From positions 4,836,001 to 4,900,000 of the forward strand of contig CM120643.1 in NCBI GenBank assembly GCA_051362555.1: DNA of 64,000 nucleotides. Direction: 5' to 3'. The stretch is from Lingula anatina (lineage: Eukaryota; Animalia; Brachiopoda). Below are positions 26,768-41,188 of this stretch, in pieces; the stretch's first letter is position 1; each line of letters begins with the position of its first letter. Under the pieces are notes generated by a model, which searched no databases, was not told where the DNA came from, and saw only the letters and a program-made list of their open reading frames with translations. Position numbers and translations under genes: made by a program.

Positions 26768-29375
26768 TTTTTATGTGCAGACACAGATGTGTCTGTACAT
26801 ATAGCCCTCACCTGCATCTGTTGTTGCCGATGCCGTCGTCCCAGGATTTTGACCTTTGACCTTTATTTCAAGGTTTTTTAGGGAAGTTATGCTGTTTTTT
26901 TCACTTTTTTCAGCATATATGCAGCACCGATAACATGATAAGTGGAAAACCATTTTACCTTTTGGCTTGAAACTTACAGAACTGATGAATATTCATAATA
27001 CACAGGTCGAGTTTGAAAATCAGCATGATCGAGCAATGCTTATGGAAGTTATCCTGTTTTTTTTTTTTTTTTTCAATTTTTATAACACCGATAACATGAT
27101 AAGTGTAAAAATGTTTTTCCTTTTGGCTTGAAACTTACAGAACTGATGAATATTAATAATACGCAGGTCAAGTTCGAAAATTGGCTTGATTGGACTATTT
27201 TTACAAAAGTTTGTCTGTACATATAGCCATCATCTGCGTCTGTCGTCGCCGTCGTGCACTTTTACCGATAACACGATAAGTGGAAAACCATTTTACTTTT
27301 TGGCTTGAAACTTACAAAACTGATGAATATTCATAATCCGCAGGTCAAGTTCGAAAATCAGCATGATCGGGTCATTTTTAGGGAAGTTACGCTGTTTTTT
27401 CACTTTTCTCAGCATATATGCAACACCGATAACACGATAAGTGAAATAACATTTTACCTTTTGGCTTGAAACTAACAGAACTGATGGATATTCATAATAC
27501 GCAGGTCAAGTTCGAAAATCAGCATGATTGGGCCTTTATTTTAGAAGTTATGCTGTTTTTTCACATTTCCTCAGATTCAATTATTAGGCATGTTAACAGT
27601 CTCATTATTGAACTAATAAGATACGTAAAAGTGTTTGTTTGATATTTCCTGCATCTTTACAACATTGTTAATTGATTGTGTAAAAATGATGGTAAACTTG
27701 TGATCGTGCATTGTGTAATAAAGTGTCAAAAATGGTAATAAACTCATCATTGCAGTTTGTCAGATTCAATCATCCACTATGTTCAGAATCTCAGAATGGA
27801 GGAAATTGGACATTAAACACTGTTCTATTGATATGTTTCCCATTTCATCAATTTTCTTAGTTGGTCATATAAAAATGGCAACAAACTGTTTATTTTGTTT
27901 TATGTTTAAAAAATGTTAAAAATGGAAATAAACCCATTTCAGAACAGTGCTGTCTTGTTTACATGTTGGCATTTTTAAGATGTGACTTTGAAATTTCATG
28001 AGCCTGCAGACCTTTGCTAATCACATTTTCTGAATATTCATGATACTAATATTTTATGATTAAAAATTGATGGTCATTATGCTGTTAAACATTATGTAAT
28101 ATTGCATCAAAACTTAAAGAAACCCCTATTTTGGGCACTGCTCCCATGATGACCATTTAAGAAAAACCATGTCACTTACTGTTTTCAAACTTACAGGAAA
28201 GAAACATAGGGCTAAAATACAGCTTCAGTAGGCAATGCAGTCTGTTTGGTAATTTTTTTCTGGCAGTTAAACAGTTTTTTGTGAAAAATTAATTTTTCAC
28301 TTATTGGCATTTTCAAGGTGTGACTTTGAAGTTCCATGATCCTGAAGACCTTTGCTTGTCACGTTTTCTGAATGTCCATGTTACTAATATTCTATTATTA
28401 AAAATTGATGGTCATTATGCTATTGAGCATTATGTAATATTGCATCAAAATAGAAGAAAACACAATTTTTGGTGCTGCTGCTATGATGAGCATTATGGGA
28501 AAACCGTGCTATGACTGTCAAACCTTTAAAAAAGAAACACAGGACTAAAATGCAGAATGAGTTGGAAAAGCAGTCTAATTGGCTTCTTTTTCTGGAAGTT
28601 ATACATTTGAGTGAAATATTCATTATCTTTTTGGCTTATGCATTGTGGAACTCGGAGCTCCCATGGACATGAAGCCGAATGGTAATCAAATTTTCTACAT
28701 GTCCATGCTATTTATTGTCAATAATCAAAGATTGGTGATAATTATTCTATAATTTATTATGTAATGTTACATCAAAATTGACAACAATATTTTTGCATTG
28801 CTACTGCAAACATTATGAAAAGAAAACTGTGTTACTTATTATTATTATTTTTAACTTACAAGTATGATTTTTAGGATTGGCATGCAGTTCAAATTAGAAA
28901 GCCAGGTCAATTGGGTTATCATTTATTATTGAATTTATGCAATTTTGTGTGAAATTTTCATTTTTCTCATTCTGGCACTTTCTAAGTATAAACTTGAACT
29001 CTGATGGGCCTGAAGCCTTATGCTTTTGCTTTCGTCGTTGTTACCTGTTGTGCATAATTAAAATTTGATGTTGACTGTGCAGTAAAACATAATGTATTAT
29101 TGCATCAGAATTGGTAGTCTCCTATTTTGTGCATTATTGTTTTGTGCTTTTCTTAAGATGTGACTTATGGGCCTGAAAGACCTTTGAGAGGGTCAGTCTG
29201 TTAATATCCCTTGGGTATCACGTAGCTAATTTCTGAGTTATAAAGTCATTTGCCTAATTGATAGGCCATTAAAGGAGATTACATAAAGCACACTTGTTGA
29301 TATTTCCTTGTAAACTCCCAAAAGTTAAGCTCTCTGCTAGATTAATAATAAGGAAGCAGTGATAATTATGCAGGT

Positions 29376-29433
<58 letters not shown>

Positions 29434-30258
29434 ATCAAAGATTAAAAGTTTGAATGGCAGCTTCATTGAAATTATATTTACCTCAGGCTCTGCCTAGGAG
29501 GTTATATTTTCACCCCTGTTTGTCTGTCATCAACATAACTCAAAAAGTTATGGACCGATTTTGCTGAAATTTTCAGGAACTGTCAGAATTGGGCCAAAGA
29601 GGACAATGATTAGTTTTTAGTGGTGGTCTGGCTCAATAATCAACAATAATCAACAATTGCTGCCTTGGCAGAGGTCTGCAGTCTCGGTGGTTTTCTAGTT
29701 TTGTTAGGTTTTCCTTTACAATTTTTTCTCAAACACTTGCATTTGTGACTTTTAACTCTCATCCGCTCGAGGCTCTGCACATTTTCTGTATTTCCACATA
29801 AACAATTGTATTGTTTTTTATGTCTTTAAACATTATATAAAATTATTTTATGCACTGTCATCATTTTTCAAATATTGAGACTTTCATCATGTGACTATAG
29901 TCTCTCATGGTCCTGAAACTGTAATCTTATTGAAGGGGTGGATTGAGACCATCTTCTGGGTCTTCTTGAAGACAGGTTATTAAGTTTATATTGACTGGTA
30001 TCTATTTTTTTCTGTTGGAAGACCATCAAAATGGAGGATGGATCAACATAGATACTTTGGAATATTGTCAGAAAATATCTCAGGGTCCGCTCCTGTTATT
30101 GACCATGTTACCTGTTGTGCATGATTAAAATTCAGTGTTGACTGACAGTGCTATTATAAGCATTATTTATTATTGCATCAAAATTGACAAAATGACCTTT
30201 TTTTGCATCTTTATTTTCTGTTTTTTGTCTGTACATTTGACAGCTTTGCTGCCTTGTT
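26768..30258 (+). mobile_element. H2 family element with 161-bp units and a duplicated 5' region
   Basis: 5' hairpin at 26773, a second partial start at ~27212, and 3' end gtctgtacatttgacagctttgctgccttgtt at ~30227-30258. Collinear with 9545-12509. Confidence 0.8.
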
Positions 30259-30845
30259 GTTTTCGATACAGCTTATCGATATATCGATAAGTTCAACATC
30301 CAATATTTAGTGGTGAAAATAAAATGTGAAATACTCCAAAATGTGCAGAGATATGCCCATAGTTACTGTTGAACTTGAATAGGAAGTCATATACTGGCAA
30401 TCTAACTGTGATCCTGAAATTGACCTTTGACTTATTTTTTACCATGAACTGAACTTTGCAAATTTTCCAGTCCTTACATCTCTAAAACTGGCAGAGATAC
30501 ATCCATAGTTACTATTGAACTTAAATAGGAAGTCATATACTAGCAGTCTTACTGTGACCTTGAAATTGACCTTTGTCCTACTTTTTATGATGAACTGTGC
30601 TTGATTGTACCATTTTTAGTTATATTTTTTTGCTTATTTTGAGAACTCTTGTTGATTGCATTTTATAGAGCTTGTCAAGCACAAGACTGGTGGTGGTGAC
30701 CCCTTTTTTTTAGGGGGGGTCCAAACGAATGCACCTCCAGCTGGTGGTACAATATCCGGAGGCGGTATCGCCTCTCTGATCCTTTAGTTATTTTGTGCTT
30801 TTTGTCTGTACATATTACAGCTTTGCTGCCTTATTGATTTTCCAG

Positions 30846-31053
30846 GCCATGTGGGTTTTCACTGTGAGTCTCCCAGTGATTTTCATCAATGCCCCTGGCA
30901 CCAAAGAGAAAGCCCCTGCAGATGAGTTTAAGGCTGTTGACATCATAGCTACTGTGGTGTGGACAATTGGGCTACTCATAGAGACCTTTGCAGATTTTCA
31001 AAAGTTTAATTTTAGAGATAACCCTGATAACAAAGGAAGATGGTGTGACTATG
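30846..31053 (+). CDS. DUF1295 protein, coding exon 3
   Basis: ttccAG|GCCATGTGG...TATG|GTAAGG, 208 nt, phase 0 to 1. Encodes AMWVFTVSLPVIFIN...GLLIETFADFQKFNFRDNPDNKGRWCDY (ExxADxQK motif). Confidence 0.95.
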
Positions 31054-31600
31054 GTAAGGGGGACATTTCTCTACTAACACTTCATTGTTAGTGGGCACTG
31101 TTTCTGCTATGTAATGTTTTCTACTTTGTAATTTTCTAGATCTATTTAAATCTTGTAAAATAAAAGGTAAAATGGCATTGCACCTAACCTCAACTCCCTC
31201 GTACTTAGTTAGTGGACATAAAAAGAAACAACAGATTCTTATGAAGGGAAGGTGTATTTTACACCCCATTTCCATAGATTAGATCGACCTACTTTAGATC
31301 GACCTAACTCCCTGGGGGTTCACGCTAAATAGCTGTCAGCCGGGCGGACACGAAAGTTAATTACCCCCTTTACAGCTTGTAGTAGGCGGGACGGACATTT
31401 AAGTCGGATTATCTGAAAGTAATCTAGTGAGACTCCCCGCGGGGATAGATCAGTCTAAATCTATGGGAATAGAGCCTAAGAGAGACACGCATTCTCACAG
31501 AGAAAATGGGTTAATTTGTTCTCTTAAAAGTGATTCAAAACAGTAATCATATGCTTATAAATGCAAGCAAACCAAAATGTAAATGTAAATATAAAATTGA

Positions 31601-33057
31601 TTATTGTACCACCAAGGTGAGCACTGGCAGTACTCATCAATTTAGCCCTGACCTGTCTCTTCTGCCAGCTCCATTGACAGGTACAAAACACTATTACCCC
31701 ATCTCCTGATAGACTAAATAAGGACCTGTGTCTTCATCTCTTGGAATTAGGTCACATACAGTTACAACTTGATTTCCCTTGATTTTAAGCTCTGGTGGTG
31801 TATTTGGATAAATGTGATGCTCGTCATATAAACTGTTGTCAGAAGTTTTGAAAATTAAATGCCACATATTTCTTAAACTAAGAAAAAACATGGAATAAGT
31901 TACTACAGAGTTCTGATAGAAAGTCATATCAAAATTTTCAAATATGATAGCCCTAAAGTACTTTTATATTATGATGAGATGTTACACTTGGGGGGTCTCC
32001 TGTCATCTACATCAGTTAGGGGTCAATCAGTTCATTTTCACAGGAGAACCAGCCATTAGATGACAAACTGAAAAATCTAATTCTGGCACCCTAAAAGCTA
32101 GAAACCTCTTGATTTTTGCATTTGTAGAGCTTGCCAAGCGTAACACCATTTGTTGGTTTGTTTGTTTGTTTTGCTTTCCAGATGCACCCAGAGTCACTAT
32201 TAAAATTGAATGGAAATTTAAGTCATATATAGGAATTCTTTTTATGACCATGAAGTTGACTTTTGGTCTGCTTTTTACCATGAACTGCAATTGATTGTCA
32301 ATTTTCTTGCACTTGTTTATCCAAAACTGGCAGAGTTGCGCTAATAGAAAGTAATAAACTTGAATATATAGGAAATCACATATTGGGAATCTAAATGTGA
32401 CCTTGATTTTACCTTGACCTATTTTTGACTATGAACTGCACTTTCCCTATAGCCCTTATATCTCCAAAACTAACAAAGGTGCATCAATTAATAAACTTGA
32501 ATATGAAATCATATATTGGTAATCTTAATGTGACCTTGATTTAACTTTTGACATACTTTTTGCAATGAAATGCACCTTTCAAAATTTGGACCCCTTGTAT
32601 CTCCAAAACTAGATGAGGTACTACCATAGTTTTAATTGAACTTACATGGAGAATCACATATTGTGCCACATATTGTGAATCTTAATGAAACATCCATAGT
32701 TAGTATCAAATTTGAATGAGGAATCATATATTTAAAATCCAATTTTGACCTTGAGTTTGACCTTTAACCTATTTTTTACCATGAAATGCATTCACCAATT
32801 TTTTTTTACCTCTTACATTTCCTAATCTAGAAGAGATACACCCTTATTTACCAAATCATGCATTAAGAATACAAAAGTTACCCTGAATTTGACCTTTGAC
32901 CTTTTCTACACTATGTAGTGTAATTTTCACATTTTGTACCTCTCACATTTCCTAATCTAGAAGAGATTCACTTGTAGTTAACATAAAACTTGAATGCACT
33001 TAATCCTATTGGTTGTGTAAAACCTGATGGTGGTATCTCCATTCTGATCTTCTACTT
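31601..33057 (+). mobile_element. Old H1-related element filling most of intron 3
   Basis: 5' TTATTGTACCACCA..CTGGCAGTAC, degenerate 145-bp units, and degenerate 3' end ggtatctccattctgatcttctac. Confidence 0.65.
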
Positions 33058-33083
33058 AATACAGTGTATCCTTTTTATTTTAG

Positions 33084-33279
33084 GTTTGTGGAAATGCTCT
33101 CGCCACCCGAATTACTTTGGAGAGCTGGTCATTTGGTGGTCAGTTTTTGTGATAAGCACGTCCATTTTACGGTACGGTCAGTGGGCCGCCATTCTCAGTC
33201 CAGTGTTTATCACTTTCATCATCCTGTTCCTTTCTGGGATCCCTCTACTGGAGCAGAAGGCAGATGAACGCTACAAAGG
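33084..33279 (+). CDS. DUF1295 protein, coding exon 4
   Basis: ttttAG|GTTTGTGG...AAAGG|GTAATT, 196 nt, phase 1 to 2. Encodes [14 protein letters not shown]...[15 protein letters not shown]; the SRHPNYFGE signature belongs to the steroid reductase/ICMT-like superfamily. Confidence 0.96.
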
Positions 33280-33407
33280 GTAATTCATTGTTTGATTTTG
33301 TAGAACTTACATAATGGCTATGTGATAACATCTCAAACCATTAGGGTAAAGTGCTGCATTGCAGTGGTTATGCAGTGGTAAACTAACCAATCATACGTAT
33401 TGTACAA

Positions 33408-35886
33408 TATGGTTTTAGTCCTGACCCGCCTGTTCTGCTGGCTCCGCCGCCATGTCATGATTACCGCTTCTCCTCCTAGACTACAAGGGCCTGCATACCC
33501 ATCTCTATTATCTATAATCTCAACTCGTTCCACGTAAAATATGGGCTTCGTCGGTGCTGGTGTCTAGGTGTGGCGTTCATTGCAATGCACCCTTGCCCAA
33601 AATTGGCAAAATTAAATGCTAATTATCTACCATACCGAAGGAATTATGGGAAAAATTTCTACAGATGGCTGACAGAAAGTCATATGTGGAGATTTCAAAT
33701 ATGCCCTTGGATTTGACCTTTGACCTTTGTTTCAAGGTCAAACGGGCCAAAATTTTCAAAAAAACGAATTTTTTTACGAAAAAAAAATATTTGCGCTGAT
33801 ATTCAGAAACTACACAGACCTAACCTATAATATTATTGGCAGGTGTTACCCTTCAGGTCATCTTTCACCTCCATGAGTTTGGAGTCATTCGGTGCATTTT
33901 TATGGGAGAAGCGGCCATAAGATACCGAAACTGAAAACTGTCTCTAATTCGGGAACCGTTAATGCTAGAGACCTATTCTTTTTTGCATTTTGAGAGCATG
34001 TCAAGCCCAATACTGGAAGTGGTCTCCGTTTTTTTTTATTTCCATACGGTTAACGAGTTATGCTGTATCAAAAAGTACATTGTGGTGGTGAAAGCAAAAT
34101 GTGCAATACGGTAATGTGTAATAAATTTTGAACCTCTGGAAAATAAAACATAAGGCTTGGCAATGCAGACAACTTCTGGTCAAAAATGACATTATTTCAT
34201 GAAATTTGAACATCTGCAACTTCTGAGCACCTCCCATTTCAAGAATTTCAACCAAAATGACCTTTTCTTTATTTTAATTAATTTCTTTTGTAGAAAATTT
34301 ATGGCACATTATTGTAACTCAGAAATTGTACCATTTAAGTCCCTTATATCTCCAAAACTGGCAAAGAAATGCCCATAGTTACTATTGAACTTGAATGGAA
34401 GTCATATACTGGCACTCTAACTGTGACCTTAAAATTGACCTTTGACCTACTTTTCACCATAAATTGAACTTTGCAACTCTTTTAATGCTTATACTTTCAA
34501 AACTAGCAAAGTTACACCCATAGTTACTATTGAATTTGAATAGGAAGTCATTAGGGGCAATTTTACTGTGACCTTAAAATTGACCTTTGTCCTATTTTTC
34601 ATCATGATTTGAACTTTGCAAATGTTCGTTCCCTTTTATCTCCAAAACTGGCAGAGATGGTCCATAGTTTGAAGTTTGAAGTTGAATAGGAAGTCAAATA
34701 CTGGCAATCTAAGTGTGACCTTTAAACTGACCTTTGACTTAATTTTCAGTATGAACTGAACTTTGCTAATTTCTTTCCCTTTTAACTCCAAAACTGGCAG
34801 AGATAGGTCCATAGTTACTATGGAAGTTGAATGGAAGTCATATACTGGTAATCTTACTGTGACCTAGAAATTGACCTTTGACCTTTTTTTCATGATAAAC
34901 TGCACTTTGCAAATTTTCTGATCTTTATATGTCCAAAACTGGCAAAGATATGCACATAGTTACTATTAAACTTGAATAGGAAGTAATATACTGGCAATCT
35001 AACTGTGACCCTTAAATTGACCTTTGACTTAATTTTCATCAGTTCATGCTGAAAATTTTCTGATCTTTATATCTCAAAAACTGGCAGATATACGCCCATA
35101 GTCCCATAATAAAATGTGAAATACTCCAAAATTAGCAGAGATATGCCCATAGTTACTGTTGAACATGAATGGGAAGTCATATACTGGCAATGTAACTGTG
35201 ACCCTGAAATTAACCTTTGATGTAATTTTCAGCATGAACTGATGAAATTTTTCTTTCCCTTATATCTTAAAAACCGGTAGAGATACACCCAAAGTTGCTG
35301 TTTAACTTGAATAGGAAGTCATACACTGGCAATCTGTGACCTTGAAATTGACCTTTGACCTACTTTTTTATGATGAACTGCTTTTTGCATGTTTTTTGGC
35401 CTTTAAATCTCCAAAATTGGCAAAGAAATGCCCATGGTTACTATTGAACTTGAATAGAAATTCATATACTGTGATATTGAAATTGACCTTTGACCTACTT
35501 TTTCACCATGAACTGAGCTTTGCATATTTTCTTGCCCCTCATATCTTTAAAACTAGCGGAGATGTGCCCCTAGGTTTTCTCTTTTGTCAGCATATATGCA
35601 ACACTGACATCACATTTCAAGGAAAACCAATAAGCCTATTGTCTGGAGAATCACAGGAGTGATCAATGTTAGGAAAATACAGGTCAATTTGAAAATCTGC
35701 TTGATTGTACCATTTTTAGTTAATTTTTTTTTGCATATTTTGAGAACTTGCATTTTATAGAGCTTGTCAAGCACAAGACTGGTGGTGGTGTCCCTTTTTG
35801 GGAGGGGGGGTTTCCATACGAATGCGCTTACTCCAGCTGGTGGTACAATATCCAGAGGCAGTATCGCCTCTCTGATCCTCTAGTTG
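33408..35886 (+). mobile_element. H1 element with 145-bp array (~34340-35560)
   Basis: Collinear with 1845-4192. The 3' end has the subterminal GCTGGTGGTACAATA (inverse of the family 5' TATTGTACCACCAGC), hairpin AGAGGC-AGTATC-GCCTCT and CTAGtt. Confidence 0.82.
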
Positions 35887-36478
35887 GACTTGAAGCATTG
35901 GTTCATTTGCATAACTGGTACTAATAAAGAGCTGCACAGGTAGTGCAGTGGTCAGTTATTGTTCACTTGTGTTAGAGTTGTTTACTTCAGGTGTCCAGGT
36001 AGACTTCAGCAGGTCTTATTACTTTGAAAAATACCAAAATATTCAGTGCGCTACAGTTTGATTGAATTTACTGATTAATAAATTGATGGTTTGAATAATT
36101 GAGTGGTTGATTGATGTGTTTCATTGAATTGATGAAAAGATTGGTGGATCTGAGTTGAGAGGCAGCCATGTGTGGTCAATAATTTCAGTGAGTTAACCTC
36201 TTAGAGACCATTCCCAGACCCTATTGTACTAACTTTGGATCAAACTATCTCTTAAGGGGTTCTCGCTTAATTGCAATTAACTTGGGCGGCTTAGATGTCT
36301 GTCACACCTGTTGAGGCTGATAGGGGGTAATTAACTATCATTTAGCAGCTTTAGTGGGCATCCCAGACATCTAAGCCGCTTGGGCTGAAAGCAATTTAGT
36401 AAGGGACCCCATGGAGATGGACTGATCCTAATAGATTGATCTAGGGATGGGAACACAGTCAAACTCACTATGCCATCT

Positions 36479-37910
36479 TACCCTCTACCAGGGCGACAGA
36501 TAGATTTTTTACAGATATTCACAGATATGTCTCTAGATAGATAGACGGTCATTTTGGTCTGTAGTCGCCCTGTTGAGAAATCTCAAGGCTGATTACATGG
36601 CTGGTAATTGTTTGCATAACTGCTCAGGCACTGCCACTAAGCAGGTCAAGTCTAAGGGTGTATTCCCAGACATTTAGATCGATCTATCCCTGTGGGGAGT
36701 CTCACTAGATTAATGTCAGATAATCCGGCTTAAATGTCTGTCCCGCCTACTACAAGCTGTAAGGGGGTAATTAACTTTCGTGCCCGCTCGTTTGGATCGA
36801 TCTAATCTCTGGGAATGGGGTCTAAGTCTGCTTGACAGCAATCAAGACAGTTAATTGCTCTGACCTTAATCACTTGCTTTTGTGACAGATAAAAATTGCA
36901 TCCTCACATTCAGAGTGAGGCAAACTGAGGAATCCCCTGAAGTAGTTGTAGAGGTATAAATAAATACTGGTGCAGTAGGGTATTGTTACGGTATGGAACG
37001 AGAATACATACAATACTTTTTACTTCAGAGTGAGGCAAACCGAGGAATCCCCTGAAGTAGTTGTAGAGGTATAAATAAATAAATACTGGTGCAGTAGGGT
37101 ATTGTTACGGTATGGAACGAGAATACAGATTGGATAGTAAGAAAATTTTGGGCTTTTGTAGGGGTGACAGAACATCAATTTGTAGCAGTGAGTGCTGCAC
37201 TCAGTGGGAAGGACGCGTGTGTTGGCATTCCTACATTAGGTGGGAAAAGCCTATGATTCCAGCTGCTAGCTTCCATTTATTGAAGAGTCCATGCCAAATG
37301 TCCTATCTAACGTGCCCCCTTTCAAAGAACTTATGTACGGCCCACTCTTTGGCCTCTTGAGTCTAAATCAAAGATATATTTATTTCAGAAGATTAGATTT
37401 TACCCAAATCACGTTGCCTTAACCTACAGGCGCAGTGTACATGTACAGTGTACTAATGTCACAGTTTTCTCCCTGGCCGAAGTAAATGATTTTATAAAGA
37501 GTACTAAATTAAAGGGAGAGTCAATACACCACTGATAATGATATTATGAAATCAAACTGATCATGTTGTACCGCAAAAGTACGTAGAAGACTGCACTTCG
37601 TAGTTCTAGTACTTCTACTACCAGCGAACACCAATCTACAGCATATCCTAACTGCGGGAGATGTTTTTCAAAGAGTCAATAATAAGTAAGTCATATATAA
37701 GAGTAAACAGAGTCTATATAATTGTATAAGAAAGACAATACCTCCAGTAATTAATTGTTAGAACGTCTTATCTATTTTCTCCTTTCTCCTAATTATTCCC
37801 ACATGGGATTTCTCAACAGGGTGACTACAGACCAAAATGACCGTCTATCTATCTAGAGACATATCTGTGAATATCTGTAAAAAATCTATCTGTGGCCCTG
37901 GTAGAGGGAA
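36479..37910. mobile_element. 1.43-kb non-autonomous DNA transposon with ~105-bp TIRs and probable 9-bp TSD; solo TIR at ~60695-60790
   Basis: TACCCTCTACCAGGGCGAC...GTTGAGAAAT is inverted at ~37807-37910. The flanks are ATGCCATCT / CTGCCATCT (8/9 match). Contains a ~100-bp internal direct repeat (36910/37026). Confidence 0.72.
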
Positions 37911-39015
37911 CTGCCATCTAGGGACTCTATGTACACTGCCTGAGCCATATTGGTCAATATGTTTTCAGTGCGTCTTAATTACTTTCAATTGTCTAATAGT
38001 TGTGTTTTTTTTTTTACCAGTTATAGACTTTTTAGTGTTTTGATCACCTATAGGCTAGGATCTACACTCAACTAGGATAATTGACTTCTGCCTTCGATGT
38101 CTGGCAAGTATCCCTGGGCCAGTTTCAGCCAAAATCTATGACTTTGTGCAGGTTTTTAGGACGATAGAGGACGTAGTTGACAGTGTCTCATTTTGTCACC
38201 ATGGCACCACAGAGGAGTGACCAGCACGTACTTGGGCTCATTGTAAACACAGCCAACAGTACAATAATTTTCTGCTATCTCTGTTATTATCCACCTATGA
38301 AAATGACTTCAAAACATGATTTTGGTCGACATAAACAATTAAAAATAAAGCCATTCTATATCTTAATAATTTAATAATAATTTAAAAGCTAAATTGACAT
38401 GTCTGTTTTGCAGTGCAAGACTTTGGCAGGTCCACATAAACTTGGAAAGTGCTTTCATGGATTATTCAGAACAGAATACATGCATTCTCACTCAGTTTCA
38501 ATGAATTGCCAAAATGTATTTCAAATTACCCTGAAAGTTGACTATTACTGAGAGAATTAAACCAGCTGGTCATGGCCTCAGTGCCTGCTTACGCCATCAT
38601 AGAATAATAAAATAATTGGACCATAGTGCCTCTTCAAAACACAGTTTGCTTTTTCTACTAATTCTTTTCTGCGATCTCTCAGATGAAATGAATAATTCTG
38701 TCTCTTTCTCAAAGCATGACCCACACTGGAGCCTGAGAGAAAATATCAAGTGCACCACCTGTCGTCATCTTAAGAACTATTTATTTTGGAGGCTCTGCAT
38801 CATGTATTATGTAATGATAGGTTTAAATGACGTGTATATGTTTAAAATGTCAGAGATGTATTGCCACAAACATTGCAATGGATGTCAAGTTTGTGGTATC
38901 AGTCCAACATATATAAATTACATATGAATTTTAAGCTAAATGTATTTGTGTGAATCGGTATTTGAAGTAACAATTGTGTTGGTTGAAACTACATACTTTC
39001 TCATCTCACCTACAG

Positions 39016-39844
39016 CAATGCAGACTATGTGGAGTACAAGCTAAACACCAGCCCCTTGGTTCCACTGCCTCCAAGTTTCTACAGATCCATTCCACGTCAT
39101 CTGAGGTGTTTCTTATGTTGTGAGTTCCCACTGTACAATTTCCTTGAGGAGATGAACTACGACACACACTCTGCCAATGAATCAACTGTAATTACTACAG
39201 CATCTGTGACACCAGAGGTCATAAATGAGCAAGCCAAGATGAACCAAAACACAGTCAGTAGTGATAAAAATTATGGCACCACTCAGGAGCAGTCTGGAGC
39301 TGCTAGTACTGGGAACTTAAACAATAGTAACAGTAATCATATTGTAGAAATTGGTAACATTAATAATAATGGTGATGACAATAACAGTAATAACAATGGT
39401 TTTGGTAATTCATATGGTAATTATTACCATGCAGATCCCAACAGGCCCCAAGTGGTAGTTGCCATTACAAATGAGGCGGGGACAAAATGTAAGTCGATGC
39501 TCATGAATACTGGAGACGAAACTACAAGTGATCCCAAGCAAAGTTTGACTAATTTATACACTGGGAAAGAAGATGAAGTACCCCAAACCAGCAAACAAGT
39601 GACAGATCTGAAAAAATCATCTGACCCAACAAAGTGGTTCAGTTTGCCAAACATTCCCAACATGCCTGCGGTGAAAGTAATGGACACTTGTGTTGCATCT
39701 GTGAGCAGTGATGATGTCCCTGTGGTCAACAGAAAAGCACTATCGATGGTCAAAGATGACCCTGTACCTGACGATATATTTGAAAACCCAGATGATGAAG
39801 CTGTCTTGGTATTAAATGAGGGACACAAGGCTATGACTATGTAG
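39016..39844 (+). CDS. DUF1295 protein, coding exon 5 with long low-complexity C-terminal tail
   Basis: ctacAG|C AAT GCA GAC TAT GTG is phase-compatible with exon 4. Encodes NADYVEYKLNTSPLVPLPP...CCEFPLY and then ~235 aa to TAG at 39844. Spliced CDS 168+162+208+196+829 = 1563 nt (520 aa). Confidence 0.92.
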
Positions 39845-40625
39845 ATTTTATTCACTGATTATATATCAGGCTGAAGTGGTGCTGGCAGTGATTGATTTGA
39901 CAAATCTTAAATTACATTATTTTAACAGGTTCATGTGTGTCAGAGGGTAAACTAGAACTAATTTGGAGAAACTAACAAAAGTTGAGATAATGTTGGAGGT
40001 CATGGCCACTGTGAATCATGATGGAATAGCAGTTCACTGTTAACAGGAGTGATCAGTTCTAAGTTGACAATAAAATTAAAACAAGGGTCACAAAAAACAA
40101 ATTGGTGCTTGAAAGTCAAAAAATTGGGAAGGTGGCTGGCATGATGTGATACATGATTTTATCAATGTTATGGTGTATATATTTTGCAAAGTTGATATCA
40201 AGAGCAAATGTCTAAGAATCAAATATGGGTGGTGACGGCTCAAAAATAGATTTCCTTTTTTCGTCAAGCCATAGACCTTGATTCCAAGCTAACAAAACCA
40301 GCATTCTTACCTCTCAAAATATTTTTGATTTTTGATCTATTTTGTAAAATTGGGAAACTGAGTTAGAAACCTTGACATTGGCTGATTTCATAGCCTCGTT
40401 TCAATCACATGAAAATTAAAATCGTGTACATTTCAATTTGGTGCTTTGTGTTATTTTGTGAAACATTGTTTATGATGTTTGAAATAGTTATAATTTTGAT
40501 AAATTTTGAAAGGTTATAGTTCCTGGAGCAGTACTTTGTCAGGTTAAAATGTCTCTGAAATATGGACAAAACCCTCAGTTATCCATAGCAATGATAAAAA
40601 ATCTGGGTACCTCATGCAATCAATG

Positions 40626-40696
<71 letters not shown>

Positions 40697-41188
40697 ATCC
40701 TAAATTAGGTAGGTTTTCACTTTTTTCACAAATTTAAGAATTTAGAGTATATTTCATGGTGTCATATTACCTCAATCAGATTTTCATATTTGATATTGTC
40801 ATTGCATGATGGAGAGCTGATTAAAACCTTGTTTAATATAAGCACAGTGTGGTATTCCAGCTCCGCTGAGTCTGCCGCTAGATGGACATAGAAGCATTTT
40901 CAGACCTATTAAAACCTTGCATAACCTCATTTGGCTTTTCACACTGAAGTTTAACATGGTTGTAAACATGGGCTGGTGTCTGTAAACTGTCTAAAATACA
41001 AACAATTCAAATGTGGTTCCATGACAACAGGAAGAAAACAGAAAAACAGAGTTGATTGAAAAGTTTCTTTTTTCTTTTAATTTCGTTCGTGAAAACACTG
41101 TTGCTTCATTCCCATCATTTTCCCCACCTACATATGTTCCTTCACAAACTCCATCATGTATTCATCCTCTTAAGCAGTAGCATGCTCT

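Noticed and set aside
30272-30291. 20-bp perfect palindrome CTTATCGATATATCGATAAG
   Set aside because: It has no TSD and overlaps a diverged H1 segment, so it is probably chance or local repair.
39424-39855. 143-aa antisense ORF
   Set aside because: It is a shadow of the real exon 5 frame.
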